64,000 nt of DNA from an uncultured Candidatus Saccharibacteria bacterium (GCA_964615205.1 CAZTQA010000001.1:128510-192509), one strand, 5' to 3'. Counted from the stretch's first letter, positions 38,359 through 48,183 are shown. Made by a program: numbers and translations. The notes: a model not told the origin generated them from the letters alone.

Positions 38359-38751
38359 ATGGTCCTTTACAAAAACATAATAGATGTACAATGGGCAGGG
38401 GGATTGATAAAGGCAAGTGATCTGTCGGATAAAATCTTTTCAGATACAGGAGTGAAGGTTAATATAGATCCAGGAAAAAGACCAAAATACAAGGGAGAAG
38501 TAGTATTTTCGAAGTTCTCAGGTAAGCCAGCTCGTTCTCCAGAAGAAATTGTAGGGATAACAAAGAAAGAGTTTTTGCCTCTTCCGAATGGCATCACAGT
38601 GACAATTAAGGAAGAAAAAGCTGGAATAATCTGCGCAGTGGAATTTACAGAAAAAAATTACCGAGAATTCATAAAAACAATAAAAGATTTCTTCGGTGGT
38701 AATTCTAAAACGATAGAAGCAGAGTTCTTGAGGTTGTGCGGTAAAAAATAA
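38359..38751 (+). CDS. hypothetical ~130-aa protein (island cassette F; paralog of E)
   Basis: The ORF track starts at GTG 38347. ATG 38359 is preceded by GAGGAAAGAG. See E for the paralogy evidence. Confidence 0.65.
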   Translation: MVLYKNIIDVQWAGGLIKASDLSDKIFSDTGVKVNIDPGKRPKYKGEVVFSKFSGKPARSPEEIVGITKKEFLPLPNGITVTIKEEKAGIICAVEFTEKNYREFIKTIKDFFGGNSKTIEAEFLRLCGKK

Positions 38752-38754
38752 ATC

Positions 38755-38788
38755 GCTTGGGGATATTTAGAGCCAAGCCATTTTTTTT
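38755..38788 (+). terminator. intrinsic terminator T5 (stem related to T4)
   Basis: GCTTGG-12 nt-CCAAGC followed by cattttttttg. Its T-run overlaps the murA -35. Confidence 0.75.
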
Positions 38789-38815
38789 GACAAAAAGGAA
38801 GTTTTGAGCTAAGAT
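38787..38815 (+). promoter_or_regulatory. putative murA promoter (TTGACA-17-gcTAAGAT, 10 nt before ATG)
   Basis: Hexamers at 38787-38792 and 38810-38815. Confidence 0.55.
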
Positions 38816-38825
38816 TAAAAATGCT

Positions 38826-40088
38826 ATGGCTGAAAAATTCATTATTAAAAGCGGAAAACCTCTGCAGGGAGAAGTGGAGATCGAAGGTTACAAAAACTCG
38901 GCAGGAGCAGTTTTAGCTGCTTCTCTTTTGACTGATAAAGAAGTAATTATAAGCAACCTTCCTTTGGTGGAAGATGTTTTCGGTATGTTAGATATTCTCA
39001 AAGAGATGGGGGCAGAAATAAAATGGATGGGAAAAAGAAAATTGAAAATTAGAACTGAAAATATAAATTTAGACAAGTTGAATCCTGATAAGATTTCCAA
39101 AACCAGGGTGGCTGTTCTTTTGCTTGGTCCCTTAACTGCTCGTCTTAATAATTTCAAATTTTATAAGCCTGGAGGTGATAAAATTGGATTAAGGCCTATT
39201 ACTACTCATTTAAAAGCCCTAGAAAAATTAGGCGCTAAAATTAAAGAAGAAAATAATATTTACAATTTCAAAACTGATAATCTTTATCCTCAAGAAGTGG
39301 TTTTGAAAGAATTTAGTGTTACAGCTACGGAAAACGCTATGATGGCAGCTTCTTTGTTAAATGGAAAAACCACTATAAAAGGAGCGGCCTGCGAGCCCCA
39401 AGTCCAAGATTTAGGAGAAATGCTTCAGAAAATGGGAGTTGAAATCACTGGTTTGGGAACACATACTATTAGTTTAAAAGGCAAAAAAAAATTAAATGGT
39501 GTTTCTCATAAAATTATTCCCGATCCAATCGTAACAGCTACTTTTATTGTTGCAGGATGTCTTACTCCTGGAAAATTAACTGTTAAAAATATTCGTTTAG
39601 ATCACTTAGACCTTTTCTTAGATAAGTTAGAAGAAATAGGAGTTAAATTTAAGAAACAAAAAAATAGCATTACTGTTTTTTATTCTCCAAATTTGAAATC
39701 CAGTCGGGTGCAGACATTTTTCTATCCAGGATTTCCGACTGACTTTTTGCCCTTTACAGCTGTTTTATTAACTCAAGCCGAAGGAAAGAGTTTAATCCAT
39801 GATCCCTTGTATGAATCGCGTTTCAATTATCTTCAAGAATTGAAAAAAATGGGAGCGGATATTGAAATTGTGGATCCTCACCGAGCCATAATTTTTGGTA
39901 AAAGCTCTCTTCATGGCCTAAATATTGAAAGTTGGGATATAAGGGGAGGAGCTTCTTTAATCCTTGCCGGACTTTTAGCTAAAGGAAAGACAACTTTAAA
40001 TAATATTTATCAAATTGACCGAGGATATGAAAAAATAGAAGAGCGATTGCAGAAACTTGGAGCAGACATTAAAAGAGTAGATATTTAA
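38826..40088 (+). CDS. murA: UDP-N-acetylglucosamine 1-carboxyvinyltransferase
   Basis: 420-aa EPSP-synthase fold (GEVEIEGYKNSAGAVLAASLL..., DRGYEKIEERLQKLGADI). Confidence 0.9.
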   Translation: MAEKFIIKSGKPLQGEVEIEGYKNSAGAVLAASLLTDKEVIISNLPLVEDVFGMLDILKEMGAEIKWMGKRKLKIRTENINLDKLNPDKISKTRVAVLLLGPLTARLNNFKFYKPGGDKIGLRPITTHLKALEKLGAKIKEENNIYNFKTDNLYPQEVVLKEFSVTATENAMMAASLLNGKTTIKGAACEPQVQDLGEMLQKMGVEITGLGTHTISLKGKKKLNGVSHKIIPDPIVTATFIVAGCLTPGKLTVKNIRLDHLDLFLDKLEEIGVKFKKQKNSITVFYSPNLKSSRVQTFFYPGFPTDFLPFTAVLLTQAEGKSLIHDPLYESRFNYLQELKKMGADIEIVDPHRAIIFGKSSLHGLNIESWDIRGGASLILAGLLAKGKTTLNNIYQIDRGYEKIEERLQKLGADIKRVDI

Positions 40089-40094
40089 AATTTT

Positions 40095-41102
40095 ATGTTA
40101 GTAAGAAAAATCGGCATAGATTTAGGTACCTGTAATTCATTGGTTTTTTTACCGGGCAAAGGAATTGTTTTACACGAGCCATCAGTGGTGGCGGTTTCTT
40201 TGGATGAAAATAAAATTTTAGCTGTAGGTCAGGAAGCCAAAGATATGACCGGAAGAACGCCGGATACAATAAAAGTTTATCGTCCCTTAAAAGACGGAGT
40301 TATTGCCGATTTCAGAGTTACTCAAGCCATGATATCTTATTTTATCAGAAAAACAGCTGGAACCTTAAAGTTTTTTAAGCCTGAATTAATGGTTTCTGTT
40401 CCGGCTGGCGTTAGTTCAACAGAACGGAGGGCGGTTATTGAGGCGGGTACAAACGCTGGAGCTAAAGCAGTTTATGTTGCCAAAGAACCTATTTTAGCTG
40501 CTATTGGTGCTGGAATACCTATCAATTCTTGCTCCGGTAATTTAATTTTAGATATTGGAGGAGGAACTTCTGAAGTAGCCACTATCTCCTTAGGCGGAAT
40601 TGTGACAGCTTCTTCCATCAGAGTAGCCGGAGATAAAATGAATACAGCTATTTCTGACTATATTAAAAAGAAATATAATTTAGCTGTAGGCGAGCAAACA
40701 GCTGAAGAGATAAAAATAAAAATAGGAACAGCTCTTCCTGAAAAGCAAGCTAAATATTTAGAAATAAGGGGCAGGGATTTGGTTCTTGGTCTTCCTCGAG
40801 TAATAAAAATTTCTTCAAATGAAGTCTGCGGAGCTATTAGTGAGGTTTTGGAAGAAATACTTCAGGTGGTAAAATTTGTATTAAGAGATACTCCTCCTGA
40901 AATTTCAGCTGATATTATGGACAAAGGGATGATTGTTTCTGGCGGAGGGGCTCTTTTAAGAAACATTAATGAATTAATTACCAAAAGAATTGGGGTGCCT
41001 TGTTTTATTGCTGAGGATTCTTTGCGATGCGTAGCTAAAGGAACAGGGGTTGTACTTGAGAACTTAGACGTTTACAAAAAAAGCATAATGTCTAAAAAAT
41101 GA
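40095..41102 (+). CDS. mreB: rod-shape/actin-like protein MreB (copy 1)
   Basis: IGIDLGTCNS..., DIGGGTSEVA, GGGALLRN motifs. Confidence 0.9.
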   Translation: MLVRKIGIDLGTCNSLVFLPGKGIVLHEPSVVAVSLDENKILAVGQEAKDMTGRTPDTIKVYRPLKDGVIADFRVTQAMISYFIRKTAGTLKFFKPELMVSVPAGVSSTERRAVIEAGTNAGAKAVYVAKEPILAAIGAGIPINSCSGNLILDIGGGTSEVATISLGGIVTASSIRVAGDKMNTAISDYIKKKYNLAVGEQTAEEIKIKIGTALPEKQAKYLEIRGRDLVLGLPRVIKISSNEVCGAISEVLEEILQVVKFVLRDTPPEISADIMDKGMIVSGGGALLRNINELITKRIGVPCFIAEDSLRCVAKGTGVVLENLDVYKKSIMSKK

Positions 41103-42016
41103 TAATCGGTCATCAAAAAGAGTGGCAGTTTTTAACAAATTCCTTTCAAAAAAATAGGCTTTCCCATGCTTATTTATTTTCCGGTCCAGAATCAGTAGGC
41201 AAAAGAGCTTTGGCTATTGAGTTTGCTAAGTTTATAAATTGTATTTCTAAAAAAAATAATCAGCCTTGTCAAAACTGCCGTAATTGTAAGGATATTGAAA
41301 AAGGTATTTTTCCTGATTTGGTTTTAATTCAGTCCGACACAGAGATTAAAATTAAACAGATAAGAGATATGGAAGGGTATCTTTCTCTTTATCCTTCTAC
41401 GTCCCACTTTAAGGTAGCTGTTATAGATGGAGCTCACAAGATGACTACAGATGCGCAAAATTCTTTTTTAAAAACCTTAGAAGAACCAAAGGGCAATACC
41501 ATTTTCATTTTAATAAGCGAGTATCCAGAAATGCTTTTGTCGACAATTTTGTCCAGAGTGCAAAAAATTAAGTTTAATCAAGTGCAAAATAAATACATAG
41601 AAGGATATTTTAAGAACCAAAATCTTTCTGAAGATAAAATAAAAGAGATAATCAAATTTTCTTCAGGAAAACCGGGAAGGGCGCTAAGTTTACTTAAGGA
41701 TTATAGAAAAGTTCAAGAATTAAAAAATAAGATAAAAGAAATTAAAGTTTTAGCTCAAAAAGATTTTGCTTATCGTTTCCAATATATCAAAAATTTAATT
41801 GACGGCGCAGAAGATTTAAAAAATATTTTAGAAATATGGTTAAGGTATTACAGAAAAGATTTATTGAAGCAAATACAATCTTCAGACAAAGAAAATAAAA
41901 CAGAGATTAGGAAAATAAAAAAGATTATTGAGAAGATATTTGAAGTTCAACTTTTATTATCCACTACCAATATTAATTCAAAACTGGCCTTGGAAAGTTT
42001 AATACTGGATTTGTGA
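41099..42016 (+). CDS. holB: DNA polymerase III subunit delta-prime
   Basis: RLSHAYLFSGPESVGKRALA, CxxCxxC zinc module, SRVQKIKF (sensor motif). Confidence 0.8.
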   Translation: MIIGHQKEWQFLTNSFQKNRLSHAYLFSGPESVGKRALAIEFAKFINCISKKNNQPCQNCRNCKDIEKGIFPDLVLIQSDTEIKIKQIRDMEGYLSLYPSTSHFKVAVIDGAHKMTTDAQNSFLKTLEEPKGNTIFILISEYPEMLLSTILSRVQKIKFNQVQNKYIEGYFKNQNLSEDKIKEIIKFSSGKPGRALSLLKDYRKVQELKNKIKEIKVLAQKDFAYRFQYIKNLIDGAEDLKNILEIWLRYYRKDLLKQIQSSDKENKTEIRKIKKIIEKIFEVQLLLSTTNINSKLALESLILDL

Positions 42017-42046
42017 AAAAAATAATTTTAGTTATAATGTAATTAT

Positions 42047-42604
42047 ATGGATTATAAAGAGATTGTAAATAATATTAAACCGGAGATGGAAAAGACGATT
42101 AGTTTCCTGAAAGAAGAATTAAATAGAGTTCGCACAGGCCGAGCTTCCGTTTCTTTGGTGGAGGATGTAGAGGTTGAATGTTTTAATCAAAAGTTTCCCT
42201 TGAAGCAATTAGCCACTATTTCTATTCCTGAAGCCAGAACCATTGTTGTCCAACCCTGGGATAAATCTTATTTAGAACCCATTGAGAAAGCCATTTCACG
42301 ATCTTCCTTGAGCGCTTCACCGATAGTAGATAAGGATATAATAAGAATTAATTTGCCGCCCATGAGCGAAGAATACAGAAAAAGTTTTTTGAGATTTATT
42401 TCTGAAAAACAGGAAGAGTCAAGGAAGACTGTTCGTCGCTGGCGGGAAAAAGCCTGGGATGAGATTCAGGATAAAACCAGAGAAGGAGAAGTTAGGGAAG
42501 ACGATAAATTCAGGGCTAAAGACGATCTTCAGAAGTTAGTAGATGAGTATAATAGAAAGATTGAGGAAATGGGGGAGAAAAAGAAAAAAGAAATTTCAGA
42601 ATAA
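42047..42604 (+). CDS. frr: ribosome recycling factor
   Basis: 185 aa; LNRVRTGRASVSLVEDVEVE..., typical RRF. Confidence 0.95.
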   Translation: MDYKEIVNNIKPEMEKTISFLKEELNRVRTGRASVSLVEDVEVECFNQKFPLKQLATISIPEARTIVVQPWDKSYLEPIEKAISRSSLSASPIVDKDIIRINLPPMSEEYRKSFLRFISEKQEESRKTVRRWREKAWDEIQDKTREGEVREDDKFRAKDDLQKLVDEYNRKIEEMGEKKKKEISE

Positions 42605-42606
42605 AA

Positions 42607-43473
42607 ATGATTCTTAGTATTATAGTTTTCATTTTAATATTAAGTTTGTTAATTTTTGTCCACGAGCTGGGCCATTTTATTTTTTCCAAGATGACCGGAG
42701 TTAGGGTGGAAGAATTTTGCATAGGTTATCCTCCCAGAATCTGGAAAAAGAAGAAAGGGGATACCCTTTATTCCATCGGCATTATTCCTTTTGGAGGATT
42801 TAACAAGATCTATGGAGAGACTGACGATCAGCACAGAGATGATTCGGAAAGTTTTTCCAATAGATCAATAAGAACAAGAGCCTTAATCTCGGCTGGAGGA
42901 GTAATGATGAATATTTTACTAGCCGTTGTCATATTCTATTCCTTGTTTGGATTTAGCGAGTTGCAACTCAAAATAAATTTAATGTTTGACTACCAGTTTC
43001 CTTTTGGGCATCAAGAACAAATATCTGAAGATTCGATTTTATTAAGCTATCCTACAACTTTAGAAAAAGCTTCAGTTGGTTTTTTGCATTCTTACAATAT
43101 TATGCATTATTCTCTTTTGGGACTTGGCCATGTTATCAAAACTTCCTTTCAAGAAGGAGACACAGAACCATTGAAATCTTCTGTAGCTGGCCCTGTACGT
43201 ATTTTTAGTTTTGTAGGACCAATTATGGCCCAAGGATTTATCGCTATTTTAAATTTAATAGCTATTATTTCCTTAGCTTTAGCTTTATTTAATATTCTGC
43301 CCATTCCTGCTTTGGACGGAGGCAAGCTCTTATTTCTAGGGATTGAGGGTATTAGAGGGAAACCCATATCTCAAAAAACAGAAGAAAGAATAACGGTTTT
43401 CTTTTTCGGCTTGTTAATTCTTTTAATGATAGTAGTTACCGTCAACGACATTCAAAGCGTCTTTATGAAATAA
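42607..43473 (+). CDS. site-2 (M50/RseP-family) membrane metalloprotease, no obvious PDZ
   Basis: HELGHF motif in TM1 and NILPIPALDGG motif near the C-terminus. Confidence 0.85.
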   Translation: MILSIIVFILILSLLIFVHELGHFIFSKMTGVRVEEFCIGYPPRIWKKKKGDTLYSIGIIPFGGFNKIYGETDDQHRDDSESFSNRSIRTRALISAGGVMMNILLAVVIFYSLFGFSELQLKINLMFDYQFPFGHQEQISEDSILLSYPTTLEKASVGFLHSYNIMHYSLLGLGHVIKTSFQEGDTEPLKSSVAGPVRIFSFVGPIMAQGFIAILNLIAIISLALALFNILPIPALDGGKLLFLGIEGIRGKPISQKTEERITVFFFGLLILLMIVVTVNDIQSVFMK

Positions 43474-43487
43474 ACTTTGCAATATGA

Positions 43488-43522
43488 AATCGCTATGAGG
43501 TTTGACCTCGTAGCGATTTTTT
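43488..43522 (+). terminator. intrinsic terminator after the M50 protease gene
   Basis: 13-bp stem AATCGCTATGAGG/CCTCGTAGCGATT, loop tttga, followed by a T-run. Confidence 0.8.
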
Positions 43523-43523
43523 G

Positions 43524-43552
43524 TTGATTATTTTTAGTTTTTGAGATAAGAT
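43524..43552 (+). promoter_or_regulatory. putative proS promoter (TTGATT-17-TAAGAT), -10 ends 6 nt before ATG
   Basis: Hexamers at 43524-43529 and 43547-43552; ATG at 43559. Confidence 0.6.
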
Positions 43553-43558
43553 TAAAAA

Positions 43559-44800
43559 ATGAGGCAGTCAGAGCTTTTAACTAAAACTTTAAGAAAAAGC
43601 CCTAAAGACGAAAAGAGTATTAGTGCCCAGCTTTTAATTAGAGCTGGTTTTATTGATAAACTAAGCTCTGGAGTATACACTCTTCTGCCTTTTGGTTTTA
43701 GAGTCTTAAGGAATATCCAAGATATTATTGCTCAAGAAATAGAAAACATCGGCGGACAAAGAGTATTAATGCCGGTTTTAGTTCCTAAAAAGAACTGGGA
43801 GCAAACAGGCCGCTGGGAAACCTTCGAAGAACTTTACAAACTGAAAGGAAAAGCAAATCAGAAATATGCTTTAGGTTCTACCCATGAAGAGGTAGTGGTT
43901 CCTTTAGTCCAAAAATATGTTTCTTCTTACAAAGATTTACCTTGTTTTGTTTATCAGATTCAAACAAAATTTAGAGATGAGCTAAGAGCAAAATCAGGTA
44001 TCTTAAGAACTAGAGAATTTGATATGAAAGATCTCTATTCTTTTCATAGAAATGAAGAAGATTTAGATGGGTATTATGAAAAAGTTAAAAAAACATATTT
44101 CAAAATTTTAGATAGAATAGACTTAAAAGATAAAACCTATTTAACTTTAGCTTCAGGAGGTACTTTTTCTAAATTTTCCCATGAATTTCAAACCCTTACT
44201 TCTGCAGGAGAAGATATTATTCATATTTGTCAAAATTGCGGATTGGCCGTTAATGAAGAAATAAAAAAAGATTATCCTAAATGTCCCAATTGTGGAAAAA
44301 ATAAATTTAGCAAAGAAAAAGCCATTGAAGTAGGAAATATTTTCAGGTTAGGACAGAAATACACCCAGCCCTTTAATTTCCAATTTACAGATAAGGATGG
44401 TTTCAAAAAAACAGTTGTTATGGGATGTTATGGTATAGGGCCTACGCGTTTAATGGGAACCGTTGCAGAAATTTATCATGATGATAAAGGAATTATCTGG
44501 CCAAAAGAGGTAGCTCCTTTTGATATCCATTTGATTCAAATAGGGAATAACCAAAAGATAAAGAGAGAATCTCAAAGAATATACCGAGAATTAAAAGAGC
44601 GGGGAAAGGAAGTATTGTTTGACGAGAGAGAAGACAGAACTCCGGGAGAAAAGTTTGCAGATGCTGATTTAATAGGTATGCCTGTTAGAATTTTGATAAG
44701 CCAGAAAACATTAGAAAAGAATTCAGTGGAATTTAAAGAGCGAGACAAAAAACAAATTAAATTAGTAAAAATAAACAATCTATTTAAATTCTGTGTTTAA
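43559..44800 (+). CDS. proS: prolyl-tRNA synthetase, compact, zinc ribbon in place of the INS editing domain
   Basis: Class II motifs (SGVYTLLPFGFRVLRNI, FRDELRAKSGILRTREFDMKD, GCYGIGPTR); CQNCG...CPNCG at aa 224-245; 413 aa. Confidence 0.85.
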   Translation: MRQSELLTKTLRKSPKDEKSISAQLLIRAGFIDKLSSGVYTLLPFGFRVLRNIQDIIAQEIENIGGQRVLMPVLVPKKNWEQTGRWETFEELYKLKGKANQKYALGSTHEEVVVPLVQKYVSSYKDLPCFVYQIQTKFRDELRAKSGILRTREFDMKDLYSFHRNEEDLDGYYEKVKKTYFKILDRIDLKDKTYLTLASGGTFSKFSHEFQTLTSAGEDIIHICQNCGLAVNEEIKKDYPKCPNCGKNKFSKEKAIEVGNIFRLGQKYTQPFNFQFTDKDGFKKTVVMGCYGIGPTRLMGTVAEIYHDDKGIIWPKEVAPFDIHLIQIGNNQKIKRESQRIYRELKERGKEVLFDEREDRTPGEKFADADLIGMPVRILISQKTLEKNSVEFKERDKKQIKLVKINNLFKFCV

Positions 44801-45845
44801 GGAAATTTTTAGACATTTTTCTCAAGATATTGCCATTGATTTGGGAACAGCTAATTCTTTGGTTTATGTGAGAGGTCAGGGGATTGTTATCTCTGAACCT
44901 TCAGTAGTGGCCTTAAACCAAAAAACAGGCCAGATTTTGGCTATAGGAAATGAAGCCAAAAAAATGGTGGGCAGAACCCCAGCCTATATCATCGCCACTC
45001 GTCCCTTGGTTAAGGGCGTAATTTCTGATTTTGAAGTCACGGAACAAATGTTGAAATATTTCATTGAAAAAGTACGCAAGAGCAAGCTAAGCTTTATTAA
45101 CCAGCCAAGAGTGATTATAGGGATTCCCTGTGGTGTGACAGAAGTGGAAAAAAAAGCGGTTCATGATGCAGTTAAATCTGCTGGAGCCAGAAAAGTGTAT
45201 TTAATTGAACAACCTATGGCAGCTGCTATTGGAGCTAGATTAGCTGTCCAAGAAGCAGGAGGAAATTTCATAGTTGACATAGGGGGTGGAACAACCGAAA
45301 TAGCAGTTATTTCTTTGGGAGGATTGGTGATTGCCAAGAGTTTGAGAATTGCCGGTGACAAACTTAATGAAGACATTAAAAATTTTGCCCAGGAAGAATA
45401 TAAACTTTTAATTGGTGAAAGAACAGCTGAAGAAATTAAAATCGGCATTGGCTCTGCCTTCCCCCAAAAAGAAAAATTGGAGATGCCTATGAGGGGAAGA
45501 AATTTAGTTAGTGGGCTTCCTGAAGAAATTATGGTTTCCGAGAGCGATATTCGCAAGGCCTTGGAGAGATCTATAAAACAGATTGTGGATGAGGTTAAAA
45601 TAACAGTTGAAGAAACTCCTCCCGAACTTTTAGCAGATATAATGTCTAAGGGAATATATTTAGCTGGCGGAGGTTCTCTTTTGCGTGGATTGGACATCCT
45701 TATAACCAAAGAGACCAAAATACCTACCAAAATCATTGACGATCCCTTAACAGCTGTAGCCCGGGGAGCAGGTATGGTTTTGGAAAACTTAGACGAATTA
45801 CAGGAAGTTTTGGCGGAAACAGAGGAGCTGGAACCACCTAAATAG
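44793..45845 (+). CDS. mreB: MreB (copy 2)
   Basis: IAIDLGTANS..., DIGGGTTEIA, GGGSLLRG. GTG start overlaps the proS end. Confidence 0.9.
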   Translation: MFKEIFRHFSQDIAIDLGTANSLVYVRGQGIVISEPSVVALNQKTGQILAIGNEAKKMVGRTPAYIIATRPLVKGVISDFEVTEQMLKYFIEKVRKSKLSFINQPRVIIGIPCGVTEVEKKAVHDAVKSAGARKVYLIEQPMAAAIGARLAVQEAGGNFIVDIGGGTTEIAVISLGGLVIAKSLRIAGDKLNEDIKNFAQEEYKLLIGERTAEEIKIGIGSAFPQKEKLEMPMRGRNLVSGLPEEIMVSESDIRKALERSIKQIVDEVKITVEETPPELLADIMSKGIYLAGGGSLLRGLDILITKETKIPTKIIDDPLTAVARGAGMVLENLDELQEVLAETEELEPPK

Positions 45846-45870
45846 AATTTTTAATTTTTAAAATATACCT

Positions 45871-46158
45871 ATGATTAACAAAAAGGAAGTAGAACACATT
45901 GCCAAATTAGCCAGATTAAAATTAAGTGCGCAGGAGATAAAAGCTATGGAGAAAGAACTTTCTTCGGTTTTGGAGCATTTTAAGTTTCTGAATAAATTAG
46001 ATGTTTCTAAAATAAAGCCCACCAGTCATTTGGTTTCCTTAAAGAACGTTATGAGAGAAGACGAAGCTAGAAAACATTCGGAAGAAAAAGTAGAAAGATT
46101 ATTAAAAGCTATGCCTCAAAGGGAAGGAAGATATCTTAAGGTTAAATCTGTTTTTTAA
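45871..46158 (+). CDS. gatC: Asp/Glu-tRNA amidotransferase subunit C
   Basis: 95 aa; [13 protein letters not shown]...; precedes gatA. Confidence 0.9.
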   Translation: MINKKEVEHIAKLARLKLSAQEIKAMEKELSSVLEHFKFLNKLDVSKIKPTSHLVSLKNVMREDEARKHSEEKVERLLKAMPQREGRYLKVKSVF

Positions 46159-46159
46159 T

Positions 46160-47596
46160 ATGGATATCACTTGTTTAAATATTCAACAAACCCATCAAGG
46201 TTTAATAAAAAAAGAATTTTCTGCTTTAGAATTAGTTAAAGAGTATTTTAAAAAAATTAAGAAAGAAGATAAAATCATACATTCTTTTCTTTTTCTTTGT
46301 GAAGATTCGGCCTTAAATCAAGCTAAGAAAATAGATGAAAAAATTTCCAGAAATGAAAAAATAGGATTGTTATCCGGGATTCCAGCAGCCGTAAAAGATA
46401 ATATAATGGTGGAGGATGTAAAATGTACAGCTGCTTCTAAAATTCTTGAAAACCATATTTCTTTTTATGATGCCACTGTAATCAAGAAGCTTAAAGAACA
46501 GGGAGTGATAATTTTAGGTAAGACAAACTTAGATGAGTTTGCTATGGGTTCTTCCTGTGAGAATTCTGCTTTTGGTCCTACCAGGAATCCCTGTGACACA
46601 ACCAGGGTTCCAGGGGGCTCTTCTGGAGGTTCTGGTGCAGCTGTTGCTTCTGATATGTGTGTTTTCTCTTTAGGATCTGACACGGGCGGGTCTATTCGTT
46701 TGCCGGCTTCTTTTTGCGGAACGGTAGGATTTAAACCAACTTATGGAGCTGTTTCTCGTTACGGTTTAATAGCTTTTGCTTCTTCTTTGGATCAGATTGG
46801 TCCTTTAGCTAAAACCGTTGAAGATGTTCATATTGTTTTTCAAGCCATTTCTGGTAAAGACCCAATGGATTCTACTTCTGTTGAAGTGAAAAAAAATGAA
46901 GATTCTAATTTAAAAATTGAAAATTTAGTTATTGGTGTTCCTAAAGAATATTTTATCAAGGGTATGAATCCCGAAGTTGAGAAATTAATCAGAAAAGCTA
47001 TTAAAAAATATGAGGAAATGGGAACTAAAATTATAGAGATTTCTCTGCCCCATACTGAATATGCTCTACCAGTTTATTATATTATTAGTCCCTCTGAAGC
47101 CAGTGCTAATTTAGCTCGTTTTGACGGAATAAGATACGGAGAGGTAAAATTAAAAAGTAAAAATGAAAAAGGAAAAAGTTTGCTGGATTTTTACCTAGAA
47201 AACAGAGGAGAAGGATTTGGCAAGGAAGTAAAAAGAAGGATTATGCTCGGAACTTACGCTTTATCTTCAGGTTATTACGATGCTTATTATTTGAGAGCTC
47301 AAAAAGTACGAACCTTGATTAAAAATGATTTTGAAAAAGCCTTTCAAAAAGTGAATGCTATTTTGACTCCGGTATCGCCCACCACTGCTTTTAAAATCAA
47401 AGAAAAAACAAAAGATCCTCTCCAAATGTATTTGTCTGACATTTTTACTCTTTCTGTTAATTTAGCTGGATTACCAGCAATATCTGTTCCTTGTGGTAAA
47501 ATAAAGAAACTTCCAGTAGGACTTCAAATTATAGGCAAACATTTTGAAGATAATAAAATTTTAGAAATAGCCAAACTTTATGACAGAAATAAATGA
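46160..47596 (+). CDS. gatA: Asp/Glu-tRNA amidotransferase subunit A
   Basis: Amidase signature ([13 protein letters not shown]...[16 protein letters not shown]). Confidence 0.95.
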   Translation: MDITCLNIQQTHQGLIKKEFSALELVKEYFKKIKKEDKIIHSFLFLCEDSALNQAKKIDEKISRNEKIGLLSGIPAAVKDNIMVEDVKCTAASKILENHISFYDATVIKKLKEQGVIILGKTNLDEFAMGSSCENSAFGPTRNPCDTTRVPGGSSGGSGAAVASDMCVFSLGSDTGGSIRLPASFCGTVGFKPTYGAVSRYGLIAFASSLDQIGPLAKTVEDVHIVFQAISGKDPMDSTSVEVKKNEDSNLKIENLVIGVPKEYFIKGMNPEVEKLIRKAIKKYEEMGTKIIEISLPHTEYALPVYYIISPSEASANLARFDGIRYGEVKLKSKNEKGKSLLDFYLENRGEGFGKEVKRRIMLGTYALSSGYYDAYYLRAQKVRTLIKNDFEKAFQKVNAILTPVSPTTAFKIKEKTKDPLQMYLSDIFTLSVNLAGLPAISVPCGKIKKLPVGLQIIGKHFEDNKILEIAKLYDRNK

Positions 47597-48104
47597 ACTA
47601 ATTTTATATTTAATTTCACCGGAAATAAATGATTTCTTGGCTCCTATTAGAAATCTTTTCCTGGGTGTTTCTTTCATTCTTTTAATACTTATTTTAGTTC
47701 TTTTTTTAAAGACTAGTTGGAAACAATATGCTTTTGTGGAAGATACAGTCCATTTTTTTACTTCCAAAGCTTATGGAGTAAAAAAATTTGCTAAAACCTG
47801 GCATAAAGTTGCTAAAAGATTGAAAACTAATCAAGAATCCGAGCATAAACTGGCTATTATTGAGGCAGATGAGCTTTTAAATGATGTTTTAGACGGACTG
47901 GGCTATAAAGAAAAGAAATTTGAAGATAAATTAAAAAGGGTAAGTTTATCTTTGATTTCGACTTCAGGGAAAGAAAATATAATTGAGGCTCATAAAGTTA
48001 GAGAGAGCATTATGCATAATCCTAATTACAGAATGGATGTAGACGAAGCCAAGAAGGTTCTGGAAATTTACAGAAAAACACTTTCTGACTTAGGAATGTT
48101 ATAA
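47580..48104 (+). CDS. hypothetical single-pass membrane protein
   Basis: One TM ([18 protein letters not shown]) then a helical cytoplasmic part; no recognisable motif. Confidence 0.5.
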   Translation: MTEINELILYLISPEINDFLAPIRNLFLGVSFILLILILVLFLKTSWKQYAFVEDTVHFFTSKAYGVKKFAKTWHKVAKRLKTNQESEHKLAIIEADELLNDVLDGLGYKEKKFEDKLKRVSLSLISTSGKENIIEAHKVRESIMHNPNYRMDVDEAKKVLEIYRKTLSDLGML

Positions 48105-48116
48105 TTACAATTTAGG

Positions 48117-48145
48117 TTGACTCTTGTTTAATTTTAAGCTAAAAT
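48117..48145 (+). promoter_or_regulatory. putative tRNA-cluster promoter (TTGACT-17-gcTAAAAT)
   Basis: Hexamers at 48117-48122 and 48140-48145, about 40 nt upstream of the first tRNA. Confidence 0.55.
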
Positions 48146-48183
48146 CTAACTATAGCTTTTTTTATTCATAGCTTTTAATTCAT

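Noticed and set aside
45161-45736. 191-aa minus-strand ORF. Similar antisense ORFs include 54-593, 556-801, 4911-5198, 5329-5661, 49550-49975, 61676-62035 and many of 60-100 aa.
   Set aside because: They are shadow ORFs opposite well-supported genes (mreB2, rplB, rplF, pheT, thrS and others), with low-complexity, Ser/Leu/Phe/Ile-rich translations.
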